DNA of 64,000 bases from Candidatus Woesearchaeota archaeon (GTDB taxonomy: Archaea; Nanobdellota; Nanobdellia; Pacearchaeales; GW2011-AR1): NCBI GenBank assembly GCA_964518625.1, contig CAZFHC010000001.1, positions 111 to 64,110 on the forward strand. The letters are read 5' to 3'. Numbering within the stretch: the first letter of the stretch is position 1; each line of letters starts with the position of its first letter. The notes under the pieces were generated by a model. It did not search any database, was not told where the DNA came from, and was given only the letters and a program-made list of their open reading frames with translations. The translations under genes were made by a program, and so were the position numbers. Shown one piece after another: positions 1-9,730 of the stretch.

Positions 1-1
1 A

Positions 2-1129
2 TCTGGTAAGTCTTATACTATTGGTACTATCGCTGAGGCTTTGGCTGATCTAGGCATAGAGGAATCTGGGAATATTGCTTCTTTAATTTTTGATACTATG
101 GGTATTTATTGGACTATGAAATATAAAAATGAGAAAGATAAAAAATTACTTTCTGATTGGGATTTAAAAGCTAAGCTTCTTCCATTGAAAGTTTTTGCTC
201 CGTTTGGCTATTATCAAGATTATCTAGATAAAGGAATTTCTGTTGATTCCCCATTTGCTATTAAATTATCTGAACTTAATTCATCTGATTGGATTGGTGT
301 GTTTGAATTAAATTTTACTGATTCTGTGGCTATTGCTATTGAGGAAACTATTTCTAAATTAAAGTCTGAAAAGGATAGTTTCGACTTTAAGGATATTTAT
401 AAGAAGTTGGAATCTTTTAAAAATATTAATCAGGAAATTAAAAATGCTGCTGGTGCTTTATTTCGTGCTTCTGAGAGCTGGGGAATCTTTAATGAAGAAT
501 TTGGGACTTCTATCAATGATTTGGTTAAAGCTGGACAAAGTACTATAATTGATTTGTCGATGTATGCTTCTTTAGGAAGTTTTAATATTCGTGCTTTAAT
601 TATTGGTTTAGTTTCTAAAAAATTATTTAATCAACGTATGTTGAGTCGTAAAATAGAAGAGATTCAGGCTGTTCAGCATGGCGAAAATTACAGTCGTTTT
701 AATACTGTTCGTGATATGCCTTTAGTTTGGATTTTTATTGATGAGGCTCATGAGTTTTTACCTAAGGATGGAAAGACTCCTGCATCTGATGCTTTAATTC
801 AGATTCTAAGAGAGGGTCGTCAACCTGGATTGAGTTTGGTTGTTGCGACTCAGCAGCCTGGTAAAATTCATACTGATGCTATTACACAATCTGATATTGT
901 TATTTCTCATAGAGTTACTGCTGCTTTGGATGTTAAAGCATTAAATGATATTAGTCAATCATATTTGTATTCTAGTATTTCTGATAAAATCAATGGGTTG
1001 CCTCATTTGAAAGGTTCTGCTATTATTCTAGATGATAGTTCTGAGAGAATTTACCCTATGAGAGTTCGTCCAAGATTTACTTGGCATGGTGGTGAAGCTC
1101 CTACTGCAATTAGAAAAAATGCTGATTGA
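2..1129 (+). CDS. HerA/FtsK-like (DUF87) P-loop ATPase, 5' end outside window
   Basis: Frame is open from base 2 (SGKSYTIG, the end of Walker A); Walker B IFIDEAH; EGR and VATQQP motifs. Confidence 0.8.
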   Translation, partial: SGKSYTIGTIAEALADLGIEESGNIASLIFDTMGIYWTMKYKNEKDKKLLSDWDLKAKLLPLKVFAPFGYYQDYLDKGISVDSPFAIKLSELNSSDWIGVFELNFTDSVAIAIEETISKLKSEKDSFDFKDIYKKLESFKNINQEIKNAAGALFRASESWGIFNEEFGTSINDLVKAGQSTIIDLSMYASLGSFNIRALIIGLVSKKLFNQRMLSRKIEEIQAVQHGENYSRFNTVRDMPLVWIFIDEAHEFLPKDGKTPASDALIQILREGRQPGLSLVVATQQPGKIHTDAITQSDIVISHRVTAALDVKALNDISQSYLYSSISDKINGLPHLKGSAIILDDSSERIYPMRVRPRFTWHGGEAPTAIRKNAD

Positions 1130-1216
1130 TTCTAAAATTTTAAAACATTAATTAAAATCATTATTGAAAAGTTTGATAATAGAATGATTTAAAATATTGT
1201 TTTTTATTTGTAGTTT

Positions 1217-3175
1217 GTGGAAAATATTAAATTTGATTTGAAATCTGGATTTAAACCTGCGGGTTCACAGCCTGAGGCGATTAAAAAATTAGGTGAAGGA
1301 TTAACCGATAATAAAAAATTTCAAACTTTGCTTGGTGTTACTGGTAGTGGTAAAACTTTTTCGATTGCTCATGTTATTAATAATGTTCAGAAAACAACTT
1401 TGGTTCTGGCTCATAATAAAACTTTAGCGGCTCAGTTGTATGAAGAATTGAAAGGATTGTTCCCTAATAATCGTGTTGAATATTTTGTTTCATATTATGA
1501 TTATTATCAACCAGAGAGTTATATGCCGGCAACGGACCAATATATTGATAAAGATAGTAGTGTAAATCCTAAATTGGATCAGTTACGTCTTGCTGCGACT
1601 GCTTCTTTATTGAGTAGAAAGGATGTTATTGTTGTTTCAAGTGTTTCATGTATCTATGGTTTAGGTAAACCTGAAAATTTTGAGATGTTTCGTTTCAGTT
1701 TGAGAGTTGGTGATAACTCTGGACGTAGAAATTTGATAAAGAAATTAGTTCATTCCCAATATGAGAGAAATGATATTGAGTTGCAACCTGGAAAATTTAG
1801 AGTGAAGGGAGATACTGTCGATTTGATTCCTGCTTATATGAATAATATTATTCGAGTTGAATTCTTTGGTGATGAAATCGAAAAAATTTGTGAATTGGAT
1901 AAAATTACTGGTGAAGTTTTAGATAATTATGAGTTTTTTTCTGTTTATCCTGCTAAGCATTTTATGGTTAATGATGATGATACTGAGAATGCTTTGATAT
2001 CTATTGAAAAAGAATTAGAGGAAATTTTACCTAGTATGGAATTGTTAGAAGCTCATAGGTTGAAACAAAGGACTTTGCATGATTTGGAAATGATCAGAGA
2101 AACTGGTTATTGTAAGGGTGTTGAAAATTATTCTAGACATTTTGATAGTAGAAAAGAGGGCGAAAGACCATATTGTTTACTTGATTATTTTCCTGATGAT
2201 TCATTAATTGTTATTGATGAAAGTCATCAGAGTATTCCACAAATTCATGGCATGTATAAGGGAGATAAAGCTAGAAAAAAAAATTTAATTGATTTTGGTT
2301 TTAGGTTACCTAGTGCTTATGATAATCGTCCTTTGAAATTCAATGAGTTTGAAAAATTTATTAGCGAAAAATTCCAGACTATTTTTGTTTCTGCTACACC
2401 TGGTGATTATGAGTTAATGAAGAGTGATGCTATTGTTGAGCAGATTATTCGTCCTACTGGTTTGATCGATCCTAAAGTTATTGTAAAGCCTCTTGATAAT
2501 CAGATTATTGATGTTAAAATTGAAATTGAGAAAGCAATTAAAAATGGTAGTAGAATTTTGTTAACAACTTTAACGAAAAAAATGGCTGAAGAATTGAGTA
2601 ATTATTTAGCTGAACAAAGAATCAAAGCAAGGTATTTGCATTCGGAAATTGATACTTTGGAAAGAATCGAAATTATTCGTGAGTTAAGGTTGGGTGAATT
2701 TGATGTTTTGGTTGGGATTAATTTACTTAGAGAGGGACTGGATATTCCTGAGGTTGGTTTTGTTGGAATTTTAGATGCTGATAAAGAAGGTTTCTTGAGA
2801 AATGATAAGAGTTTGATTCAGACTATTGGGCGTGCGGCTCGTAATAAAGATGCTAAGGTTGTTTTGTATGCTAATGTTATGACAGATTCTATTAAAAGAG
2901 CTTTGAGTGAAACTAAAAGACGTCGTGAATTACAGATTAAATATAATGAAAAATATAATATTACTCCTGTTACTATTGTAAAACCTATTAAGAAAAAGGA
3001 AATTGAAATTCGTGATACTAAGTATATTCCTGATGCTGAAGTCCCTAACTTGATTATTGGATTACAAAAAGATATGGAAGAAGCTGCTGAAAAACTGAAT
3101 TTTGAAAAAGCGATTTTCTTGAGAAACAAAATTAAAGATTTAAAGAAACGTATTTATGAAAAGAACATTTTATAA
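1217..3175 (+). CDS. uvrB: Excinuclease ABC subunit B
   Basis: GVTGSGKT, YYDYYQPE beta-hairpin, DESH, QTIGRAAR, C-terminal UVR domain. Confidence 0.97.
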   Translation: MENIKFDLKSGFKPAGSQPEAIKKLGEGLTDNKKFQTLLGVTGSGKTFSIAHVINNVQKTTLVLAHNKTLAAQLYEELKGLFPNNRVEYFVSYYDYYQPESYMPATDQYIDKDSSVNPKLDQLRLAATASLLSRKDVIVVSSVSCIYGLGKPENFEMFRFSLRVGDNSGRRNLIKKLVHSQYERNDIELQPGKFRVKGDTVDLIPAYMNNIIRVEFFGDEIEKICELDKITGEVLDNYEFFSVYPAKHFMVNDDDTENALISIEKELEEILPSMELLEAHRLKQRTLHDLEMIRETGYCKGVENYSRHFDSRKEGERPYCLLDYFPDDSLIVIDESHQSIPQIHGMYKGDKARKKNLIDFGFRLPSAYDNRPLKFNEFEKFISEKFQTIFVSATPGDYELMKSDAIVEQIIRPTGLIDPKVIVKPLDNQIIDVKIEIEKAIKNGSRILLTTLTKKMAEELSNYLAEQRIKARYLHSEIDTLERIEIIRELRLGEFDVLVGINLLREGLDIPEVGFVGILDADKEGFLRNDKSLIQTIGRAARNKDAKVVLYANVMTDSIKRALSETKRRRELQIKYNEKYNITPVTIVKPIKKKEIEIRDTKYIPDAEVPNLIIGLQKDMEEAAEKLNFEKAIFLRNKIKDLKKRIYEKNIL

Positions 3176-3197
3176 ATTGAAGTTTCCTTTGTTTAAT

Positions 3198-3644
3198 ATG
3201 AAAAAGAGCTTGATAAAGCATAGAAGAAAAAATGTTCATAGGGCTGTTTTAAAAAAACCTATTATGATTTTGATTGCAATGATTATTATTGGAACATTTT
3301 TTTACCATTTTATTGAGGGTTGGGCTTATTTAGATGCTTTATATTTTACAGCTGTAACTGCTACAACTGTTGGTTATGGTGACTTTCATCCAGAAACATC
3401 GATTGGTAAAATTTTTACTATTGTTTTTTCGTTTGTTGTAATTGCATTGGTATTATATTTCTTTACACTTTTTAGTAAATATATTTTTAGTCGAAGTTTA
3501 CATCAACAGTTAATTGAAGAAGGTAGAATCAGACATAATAAAGGTGTTAGACATGTTAGAAAGAAGTCTAATCTTAAAAATATAAAAACTGTATCTAATA
3601 AATCAAAGACTAGTAAACCAAAGACTAGTGGTGCTAAAGCATAA
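3198..3644 (+). CDS. Two-TM potassium channel family protein
   Basis: TTVGYGD selectivity filter between two TM helices; ATG 3198 preferred over 3156, which overlaps uvrB. Confidence 0.9.
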   Translation: MKKSLIKHRRKNVHRAVLKKPIMILIAMIIIGTFFYHFIEGWAYLDALYFTAVTATTVGYGDFHPETSIGKIFTIVFSFVVIALVLYFFTLFSKYIFSRSLHQQLIEEGRIRHNKGVRHVRKKSNLKNIKTVSNKSKTSKPKTSGAKA

Positions 3645-4024
3645 TGAAAATTTATGATGTAATGAATCAGATTGCTATTATTGAAGAAGATATCCCTCTA
3701 CATGAAGCGGCTAATATTATGGCTAAGGAAAATATTGGTAGTTTGGTTTTTGCTCCAAGAAATAGGCCTAAAGGAATTATTACTGAGAGTGATATTGTTA
3801 AACATGTTGATAATACTGAGGCTCTTGTGAGTGAAGTTATGGCTAAGAAATTAATCACTATTGATACAGAAGAGACACTTGAAAAAGCTGCTGAGATCAT
3901 GTCTAGTAATGGTATTAAGAGACTTATTGTTATGGATGGGAAAAAATTAGTTGGGATTATTACTGCTACTGATATTTTGGAAAATGCTGATTTATTAAAT
4001 AAGAATATGGAACTATTCGGATAG
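3644..4024 (+). CDS. CBS domain pair protein
   Basis: Two CBS repeats (GIITESDI, VGIITATDI); TAATG coupling to the channel gene. Confidence 0.9.
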   Translation: MKIYDVMNQIAIIEEDIPLHEAANIMAKENIGSLVFAPRNRPKGIITESDIVKHVDNTEALVSEVMAKKLITIDTEETLEKAAEIMSSNGIKRLIVMDGKKLVGIITATDILENADLLNKNMELFG

Positions 4025-4042
4025 GTTTTCGCTTCTTTATTA

Positions 4043-4633
4043 TTACTTTATTGAAGGGTCTAAATAAAATTGAATTGAATTTTTTGCTTGCTTTGTTGAA
4101 GCCCCTAATCCTATCATAAAATCTTGTAATATATTTAAATCTATTTTATCTTTTTTGTTTTTTGATAATGTTGCTATTTTTATTTCTGTGTTTGTTTTTT
4201 TACAAATTTTAATATTTTGTATTATTCGTTCTAATCTTAATGCTAATTGCTTATCTTTTGTTCTTTGTAAATCTAAGAAGTCTATTAGTAGTACTATATT
4301 CTTTTCTTTTGCTATTTTTGCTGTTACATGATTTATTCCGGAATCTCGTTGTTTAATTGTGTCTCGTTTTTCGTATTTTTCCGATGATACCAAATAGTTT
4401 ATCTTTAATGTTTCTAGTACTCTTCTGTTGAATATATTATCTTTCCCTATTAATGCTATTATTTTATTTTTTGATTTTAGTGACTCAATTATTCTTCTTG
4501 CTTCTTTTTCATCGCCAAACGTGTCAATTAGATATCCATCTGTTTCATCTTCTTTTAAGATATCAGATTTTTTATATATTTGTTTTAGATATATTGTGCT
4601 ATTTGTTTTGTATAATGTTATATCGTTTTTCAT
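4043..4633 (-). CDS. RNase P subunit Rpp30-like protein
   Basis: DTIKQRDSGINHVTAKIAKEKNI resembles the archaeal Rpp30 signature. Confidence 0.75.
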   Translation of the reverse strand: MKNDITLYKTNSTIYLKQIYKKSDILKEDETDGYLIDTFGDEKEARRIIESLKSKNKIIALIGKDNIFNRRVLETLKINYLVSSEKYEKRDTIKQRDSGINHVTAKIAKEKNIVLLIDFLDLQRTKDKQLALRLERIIQNIKICKKTNTEIKIATLSKNKKDKIDLNILQDFMIGLGASTKQAKNSIQFYLDPSIK

Positions 4634-4667
4634 ATTTTTTTTAATGTTTATTGGTTAATAAATTTGT

Positions 4668-5357
4668 TTATCCTTCTATTATACTTCCTGATATATCTTT
4701 TTTCTCTAAAATTATCTTATCTAAATCTGTTAAACTTTTTGTTATGTATGTTGTTATTTTATGAGTATTTATTATTTGTGATGCTCGTTGGTCTAACACA
4801 AAATGTTGTCCTGCCGAAAATTTTATCTTTTTTGCTATTTTATTAAAGCCTTCCCATGACATTTGTTTGATAAATTTTGCCTTTGGATTTTTTTTTGGGT
4901 CATCTGTATATATTCCTTTTATATTTGTTATGTTAATAAATGGACATTTTAGATAGGATGCTATTTGTGCTGAATTTGCATCAGTTGTTTGTTTTCTTTT
5001 TGTTAAATGTAATGGTCCTGTAAAAACTACATGATTTTTTCTTAGTAGATTTTTTACTTTTTTTAGTGTTGTTGGATGTACAGAATTTGCTGATTTGCCG
5101 AAATATTCCATCATGAAAAGTGCATGAAATCTCGTTACTGCAATTCCTATTTTGGATTGTTTGTAGAAATTTTTATGCATTTTTTTATATGCATTAATAT
5201 ATTTTCGAGCTGTTGTTCCACCACCAGTTACTACAACAAATTTTGTTTCTTTATGTTTCGTTATTATTTCTTTAAACTTTTTTAAGAATTCATCATCTAC
5301 TTCATTCGGAATTATTCTTGAACCTCCTAAACTTATAACTACTGTTTTTAGAACCAT
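4668..5357 (-). CDS. pyrH: UMP kinase, archaeal type
   Basis: VISLGGS, VVTGGG.TAR.YI, TTD, GIYTDDPK. Confidence 0.9.
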   Translation of the reverse strand: MVLKTVVISLGGSRIIPNEVDDEFLKKFKEIITKHKETKFVVVTGGGTTARKYINAYKKMHKNFYKQSKIGIAVTRFHALFMMEYFGKSANSVHPTTLKKVKNLLRKNHVVFTGPLHLTKRKQTTDANSAQIASYLKCPFINITNIKGIYTDDPKKNPKAKFIKQMSWEGFNKIAKKIKFSAGQHFVLDQRASQIINTHKITTYITKSLTDLDKIILEKKDISGSIIEG

Positions 5358-5393
5358 AAATATTATAATATGTTTTACTTATTAAAGATTACT

Positions 5394-5675
5394 TCAACAA
5401 ACCGTAAATAATTTATCATCATGAACATCAAAAACTTTTAATCTGACTCCTGAATCTAACCATCCATGTGCATAGTTTAGTGCTGCAAATGCATTTATCC
5501 AATCGTTATTATTAAAGAAGTGATGAGAATCTGATACATAATTAGTTACCATTTCAATTATCTCTTTTGCTTCTGTTTCTTTGCCTATTATTATATTTTT
5601 TTTAACTTCTTTTAATGCAGTTTCTGTAAGATTGAAATATTTTTCTATTTTTTCTTTTTTTATTATGTTATCCAT
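5394..5675 (-). CDS. DUF357 family protein
   Basis: YVSDSHHF...AFAALNYAHGWLDSG signature. Confidence 0.85.
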   Translation of the reverse strand: MDNIIKKEKIEKYFNLTETALKEVKKNIIIGKETEAKEIIEMVTNYVSDSHHFFNNNDWINAFAALNYAHGWLDSGVRLKVFDVHDDKLFTVC

Positions 5676-5759
5676 ATTGTTTGTTGTTCAGCTCAGTTTA
5701 TATTATTTATTATTATTCTCTATTTGTTTTATAACTCATATAAAATTTAAATAATAAAA

Positions 5760-6416
5760 TCATCTGTTTTGTATTCTGTTTATTGTAAAACTAGATCCAA
5801 CAAGACTTGAACTTACTCCTGAGATAGTCATTCCATTTACTGTTGCATGGAATGGACCCTCAATAAATGGGATATGTGCATCTGTTGCAAATTTTGTTAG
5901 TGAATCGTTTATTTCTTCTTGGGTTAATGTTATTGTTGTTGTTTGTCGTCTACCTCGTTTTACTATTGCTATAGGCTGATTTGGACCTGAACATTGCACA
6001 ATCATTATTGTTGGGTCCATTAAGAATGATTGTAATTTCCCGTATTTTGACATTCCTCCTCTACTACTTATAAACTGTCTTGGCAACCTTGACATTGATG
6101 TTAGAGGTCTATGTTGTGATTGAACTTGTTCTTTTTGAATTGAAGTATTTATTTTTTGTAAAGTTTGTACACTTTGTTGTTGTAATGTATTTGCTGTTTC
6201 ATCTTCTCCTAATTCTTGATGCATATCTACCAATGAGTTTATTCCTTCTTGAGTTGTTGTAATTGCTTGCATTAAATCTTTAGACATTTCTGGTATCATA
6301 TCAGCATTTATTATTTCTGAATTTTTAATATTTAGAGTCGATTTCTGAACTGTTTTGATTATTGCTATTGTAAATTTCTTAACAAAATCTGTATCATACA
6401 AATTAGAATTCGCCAT
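5760..6416 (-). CDS. Hypothetical protein ending in a domain like the N-terminal domain of VirB11/FlaI/CpaF secretion ATPases; no ATPase domain
   Basis: YGKLQSFLMDPTIMIVQCSGPNQPIAIV...TTITLTQEEI resembles that domain; no Walker motifs. Confidence 0.5.
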   Translation of the reverse strand: MANSNLYDTDFVKKFTIAIIKTVQKSTLNIKNSEIINADMIPEMSKDLMQAITTTQEGINSLVDMHQELGEDETANTLQQQSVQTLQKINTSIQKEQVQSQHRPLTSMSRLPRQFISSRGGMSKYGKLQSFLMDPTIMIVQCSGPNQPIAIVKRGRRQTTTITLTQEEINDSLTKFATDAHIPFIEGPFHATVNGMTISGVSSSLVGSSFTINRIQNR

Positions 6417-6985
6417 TATAATTGTGGTAATGGTTTAGGTTTGTTTGGATTAAATGGTTGTGGGATAAATCCTTGTTGGGGTATTGGTTTAGGTTGAAAT
6501 GTTCTAGGTTGTTGAGATGCTTGAGATCTTGGAAATGTTTGTTGTGGTTCAAATGGATTTATTTTGGTTGCTGAGGGTGTATATTTTGCTTGTCTTTTCA
6601 GTTTATCTTCCATTAAAACTAGTCCTCTTGCTATTGTTTTATTCTGTGATAATAATGAATCTATTTTTTCTCCTACTCCTGAATCTATCTGCTTTTCTGT
6701 TTTCGCTAATGTCTTTGCTGACTCTTCAAATACTTTTAATAATTTTGTGATGTTTTGTGATAATTCTCCAAATTGTATTGACATATTAGTCATTGCATGT
6801 TGTAAATTTACAAAATTTTCAATAAATACTTGTTCATTGTATACAATGCTTTTTTTTGTTGATGCTACTTTTGATTTTGGTCTAGCTTTAGAATTCGTTT
6901 TTTTCTTTGTTGTAGTTTTTGGTTTTACTAACAATGTTGTTGTTGTTGTCTTTTTCTTAGAAGGAGTCTTTACTTTTTTCACCAT
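6416..6985 (-). CDS. Hypothetical coiled-coil protein with Lys/Thr-rich N-terminus and Pro/Gln-rich tail
   Basis: ORF with native codon usage, coupled to the downstream gene. Confidence 0.7.
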   Translation of the reverse strand: MVKKVKTPSKKKTTTTTLLVKPKTTTKKKTNSKARPKSKVASTKKSIVYNEQVFIENFVNLQHAMTNMSIQFGELSQNITKLLKVFEESAKTLAKTEKQIDSGVGEKIDSLLSQNKTIARGLVLMEDKLKRQAKYTPSATKINPFEPQQTFPRSQASQQPRTFQPKPIPQQGFIPQPFNPNKPKPLPQL

Positions 6986-7050
6986 GTTCTAGTAAAGATT
7001 GTCTAGTTTATAAAGTTTTTTTGAAGTTGATTGTAATTAGTTTTTATTAT

Positions 7051-7065
7051 AAAAAACTTTATAAA
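7051..7065 (+). promoter_or_regulatory. BRE/TATA promoter of the eS19-eL39-eL31 operon
   Basis: AAAAAAC followed by TTTATAAA (7058-7065). Confidence 0.55.
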
Positions 7066-7081
7066 GGCAAAATATCATGAG

Positions 7082-7138
7082 TTATTAGGTTAAAGTCATT
7101 TTATGACGATTTACTTTCGAAATGAAAGGCCTGACTAA
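7082..7138 (+). promoter_or_regulatory. Candidate structured 5' leader (three-way junction) of the r-protein operon
   Basis: TTAGGT/GCCTGA closing stem with internal hairpins GTCAT-TTT-ATGAC and CTTTC-GAAAT-GAAAG. Confidence 0.4.
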
Positions 7139-7144
7139 AAAATA

Positions 7145-7693
7145 ATGGCAAAACAAATATATGCTCAAATTCCAAGTAAGTATATTCCAGCTTTGGCTGA
7201 GGCTTTGAAAAATTTACCTGAGATTGAAGCTCCTGAATGGATCGCTTATGTTAAGACTGGAACTTCTAGAAAAAGGCCTCCTGTAAGTGATAATTTTTGG
7301 TATATTAGAGCTGCTAGTATTTTAAGACAATTGTATATCAAAGGTGTTGTTGGTGTTGGGAAATTACGAACTAGATATGGTTCTAGAAAAGATAGAGGTG
7401 GAAAGCCTGATCATTTTAGGAAAGCTAGTGGTAAGGTTATCAGACTTATTTTACAGCAAGCTGAAAATGCTGGTTTAGTTGAAAAAGTTGATAAAATGCA
7501 ATATGGTAGAAGATTAACTGCTAAAGGTAGAGAATTTTTAGATAGTATTAAGGTAGAGAAAATAGAGGGTTTGTCTTTAGAAGATTCTATTGTTGAGATT
7601 AGTAATGTTCCTCAAGAAGATATTCAAGAATTTGCTGAAACTGAAGTTGAAGAAATTAAAGCAGAAAGTGAGGTTATTTCAGATGGCGAGTAG
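7145..7693 (+). CDS. rps19e: 30S ribosomal protein eS19 with acidic C-terminal extension
   Basis: PEWIAYVKTG...RPP...WYIRAASILR...GRRLT.KG. Confidence 0.97.
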   Translation: MAKQIYAQIPSKYIPALAEALKNLPEIEAPEWIAYVKTGTSRKRPPVSDNFWYIRAASILRQLYIKGVVGVGKLRTRYGSRKDRGGKPDHFRKASGKVIRLILQQAENAGLVEKVDKMQYGRRLTAKGREFLDSIKVEKIEGLSLEDSIVEISNVPQEDIQEFAETEVEEIKAESEVISDGE

Positions 7694-7898
7694 AAAAGCT
7701 ACAATGCGTAGTAGTAAGAAAAGACACTTAGATAAAGTTGGTAAGCAAACAAGATGGGCTCCTTATTGGACTGTTATAAAGAAATATGGTAAGGGTAAAA
7801 AGATTCATCCGTCTAAGCATACTCATGTTAAGAGAAATTGGAGAGTTAGAAAATTAAAATTCAAGCCTAGAAGAGCTAAAAAGAGTTGGCTAGGATAA
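7683..7898 (+). CDS. rpl39e: 50S ribosomal protein eL39 (extended, 71 aa)
   Basis: Start ATG 7683; KQTRWAPYW and KRNWR..KLK; located between eS19 and eL31. Confidence 0.88.
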   Translation: MASRKATMRSSKKRHLDKVGKQTRWAPYWTVIKKYGKGKKIHPSKHTHVKRNWRVRKLKFKPRRAKKSWLG

Positions 7899-7902
7899 AA
7901 AT

Positions 7903-8619
7903 ATGGTTGAAGAAAAAATAAACAAAACAGAGAAAGTTGAGATAAAGAATGAAGTTAAAGAGACTAAGAAAGCAGTAATAAAACCTGAAGTAAAAAAAAC
8001 TGAATCCAAACCTTCTGTGAAAAAACCTAAAACTAGTAAAGCTAAAACTGAAGAAAAGAAACCTGAATTGGAAAGAATTTATGTTGTTCCATTAAGAAAA
8101 GGATATATGAAAGTTCCTCAATATAAGAGAGCAAAGAAAGCTGTTAAGACTTTGAAAGAATTTTTGGCTAAGCATATGAAAGTTGAAGATAGAGACATTG
8201 ACAAAGTTAAGGTTGATATTTATTTGAATAATGAAATTTGGTTTAAAGGAATTAAGAAACCATTGAATAAGGTTAAGGTTAAAGCTACAAAAATTGATGG
8301 TATTGTTTATGCTGAGTTGGCTGAAGTTCCTGAAATTGTAAAGTTCAAGATGGCTAGAGATGCTAGAAGAGGAACAAAAGTAGATAAAAAAGCACTTGAT
8401 AAAGTTGTTACTCAAGAAGCTGCTGAAGAAAAAATTAAGGAAGAAAGAAGCGATAAAACTGATAAAAAAGAAGAATCTATAAAAGAAAAAGTTAGTATTG
8501 ATGCTAAAGTTGCTAAGCAAAAAATTGATGCTAAAGAAATTAAGCATACAGCAAATCCAAAATCTACAAAGGAAGATAATATGTCTTCTACTACAATGAG
8601 AAAAGCTTTGAAAAAATAA
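7903..8619 (+). CDS. rpl31e: 50S ribosomal protein eL31 with long Lys/Glu-rich extensions
   Basis: ERIYVVPLR...KRAKKAVK.LKEFL.KHMK...LNNEIW.KGIKKP. Confidence 0.93.
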   Translation: MVEEKINKTEKVEIKNEVKETKKAVIKPEVKKTESKPSVKKPKTSKAKTEEKKPELERIYVVPLRKGYMKVPQYKRAKKAVKTLKEFLAKHMKVEDRDIDKVKVDIYLNNEIWFKGIKKPLNKVKVKATKIDGIVYAELAEVPEIVKFKMARDARRGTKVDKKALDKVVTQEAAEEKIKEERSDKTDKKEESIKEKVSIDAKVAKQKIDAKEIKHTANPKSTKEDNMSSTTMRKALKK

Positions 8620-8635
8620 ATTTTAAATTATATTT

Positions 8636-9730
8636 TTAATTACAATTTGTAACTTTTTGAATTACTGGTTTACAATATATAATATCTTTTTTATCTATTA
8701 CTATTGGTTGTGCTTGTATTAATGTTATTTTATCTGAATCTGTGTAATTCCCATTTACCATATATTCATCTCCTGGTTTTATATCTAAAAGTTGTTTATC
8801 TGAAATATACCTTATAGCATTATATTTATATAAATTTTCTACTTCTTCTGATGAAAGAGCTCTATTGTATATTTTTATTTCATCAAGAGTTCCATTAAAA
8901 TCTAAACTATTTAATAAATTGCTATTAGCCCCTATCACAGAATTTAAAGAATTACTAACCAGTTGTCCAGTAATAGGTGCACTTCCTTTAGGCTCATCAT
9001 TAACATAAGTATTCATTATACTCCCATCCCAAGACATTGTAAGCAAATACCATTTATCTAAATCAAATTCATAATAAATATCATTTGCGATTGTCCATCC
9101 GGTTGTACCCGTAGTCCCAATTAAATTTCTAATTGTAGTTCTATTAAGAAAACCTAATTGTAATACCCCATCTTTTCTAAAAATAGGAGATTCTGATACA
9201 AAATCTGAATTTATTTTAACCCAACTAGATATAGTTAATTGATTTTCAAGATCAAAAATATTATTACCTAAATCAATATAATTAGCTTCTCCATCGAAGC
9301 TTCTTGCTCCTCCAATTTTCCCATCCATTATCCAACTAGTTCCATAGTCTTCGCCACCGACTATGTATTTATCATCGAATGTTAAGTCTAATAACAAATC
9401 ATCTGACTTTTTTGTGTAATAAACAGATCTGTCATACATTCCGAATGTAGCATTTGTTTGATTATTAATTTTTGTTTGAACTGATTTTATTGTAAATCTT
9501 CCTGTATTTTTCAATGTATATAAAAAATTATTTGTCGATTCTTGACAGTTATAATTAGTTATTGAAATGGATACTCCATCAGGACATTCTGATATTTCAT
9601 CTGGATTTGTATATAATTTTAGCCAATTAAATACCATTACTGATAAGGAAAGTGTTATACTTATTAGTAGAACATACGCGATTATTGTACTTATTCCTCG
9701 TTTATTATTTGAATACAATAAAGTTCTCAT
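8636..9730 (-). CDS. Archaeal type IV pilin-like protein with internal LamG (concanavalin A-like) domain
   Basis: Class III signal KRG|ISTIIAYVLLI; LamG motifs GKIGGARSFDG, TISSWVK, W.LLTMSWDG, FNGTLDEIKIYNRALS.EEV. Confidence 0.85.
   Translation of the reverse strand: MRTLLYSNNKRGISTIIAYVLLISITLSLSVMVFNWLKLYTNPDEISECPDGVSISITNYNCQESTNNFLYTLKNTGRFTIKSVQTKINNQTNATFGMYDRSVYYTKKSDDLLLDLTFDDKYIVGGEDYGTSWIMDGKIGGARSFDGEANYIDLGNNIFDLENQLTISSWVKINSDFVSESPIFRKDGVLQLGFLNRTTIRNLIGTTGTTGWTIANDIYYEFDLDKWYLLTMSWDGSIMNTYVNDEPKGSAPITGQLVSNSLNSVIGANSNLLNSLDFNGTLDEIKIYNRALSSEEVENLYKYNAIRYISDKQLLDIKPGDEYMVNGNYTDSDKITLIQAQPIVIDKKDIIYCKPVIQKVTNCN

Noticed and set aside
7095..7128. Hammerhead-like words (GTC, TGACGA, CGAAA)
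   Set aside because: Lacks CUGANGA and a pairing stem II; a leader fold fits better.
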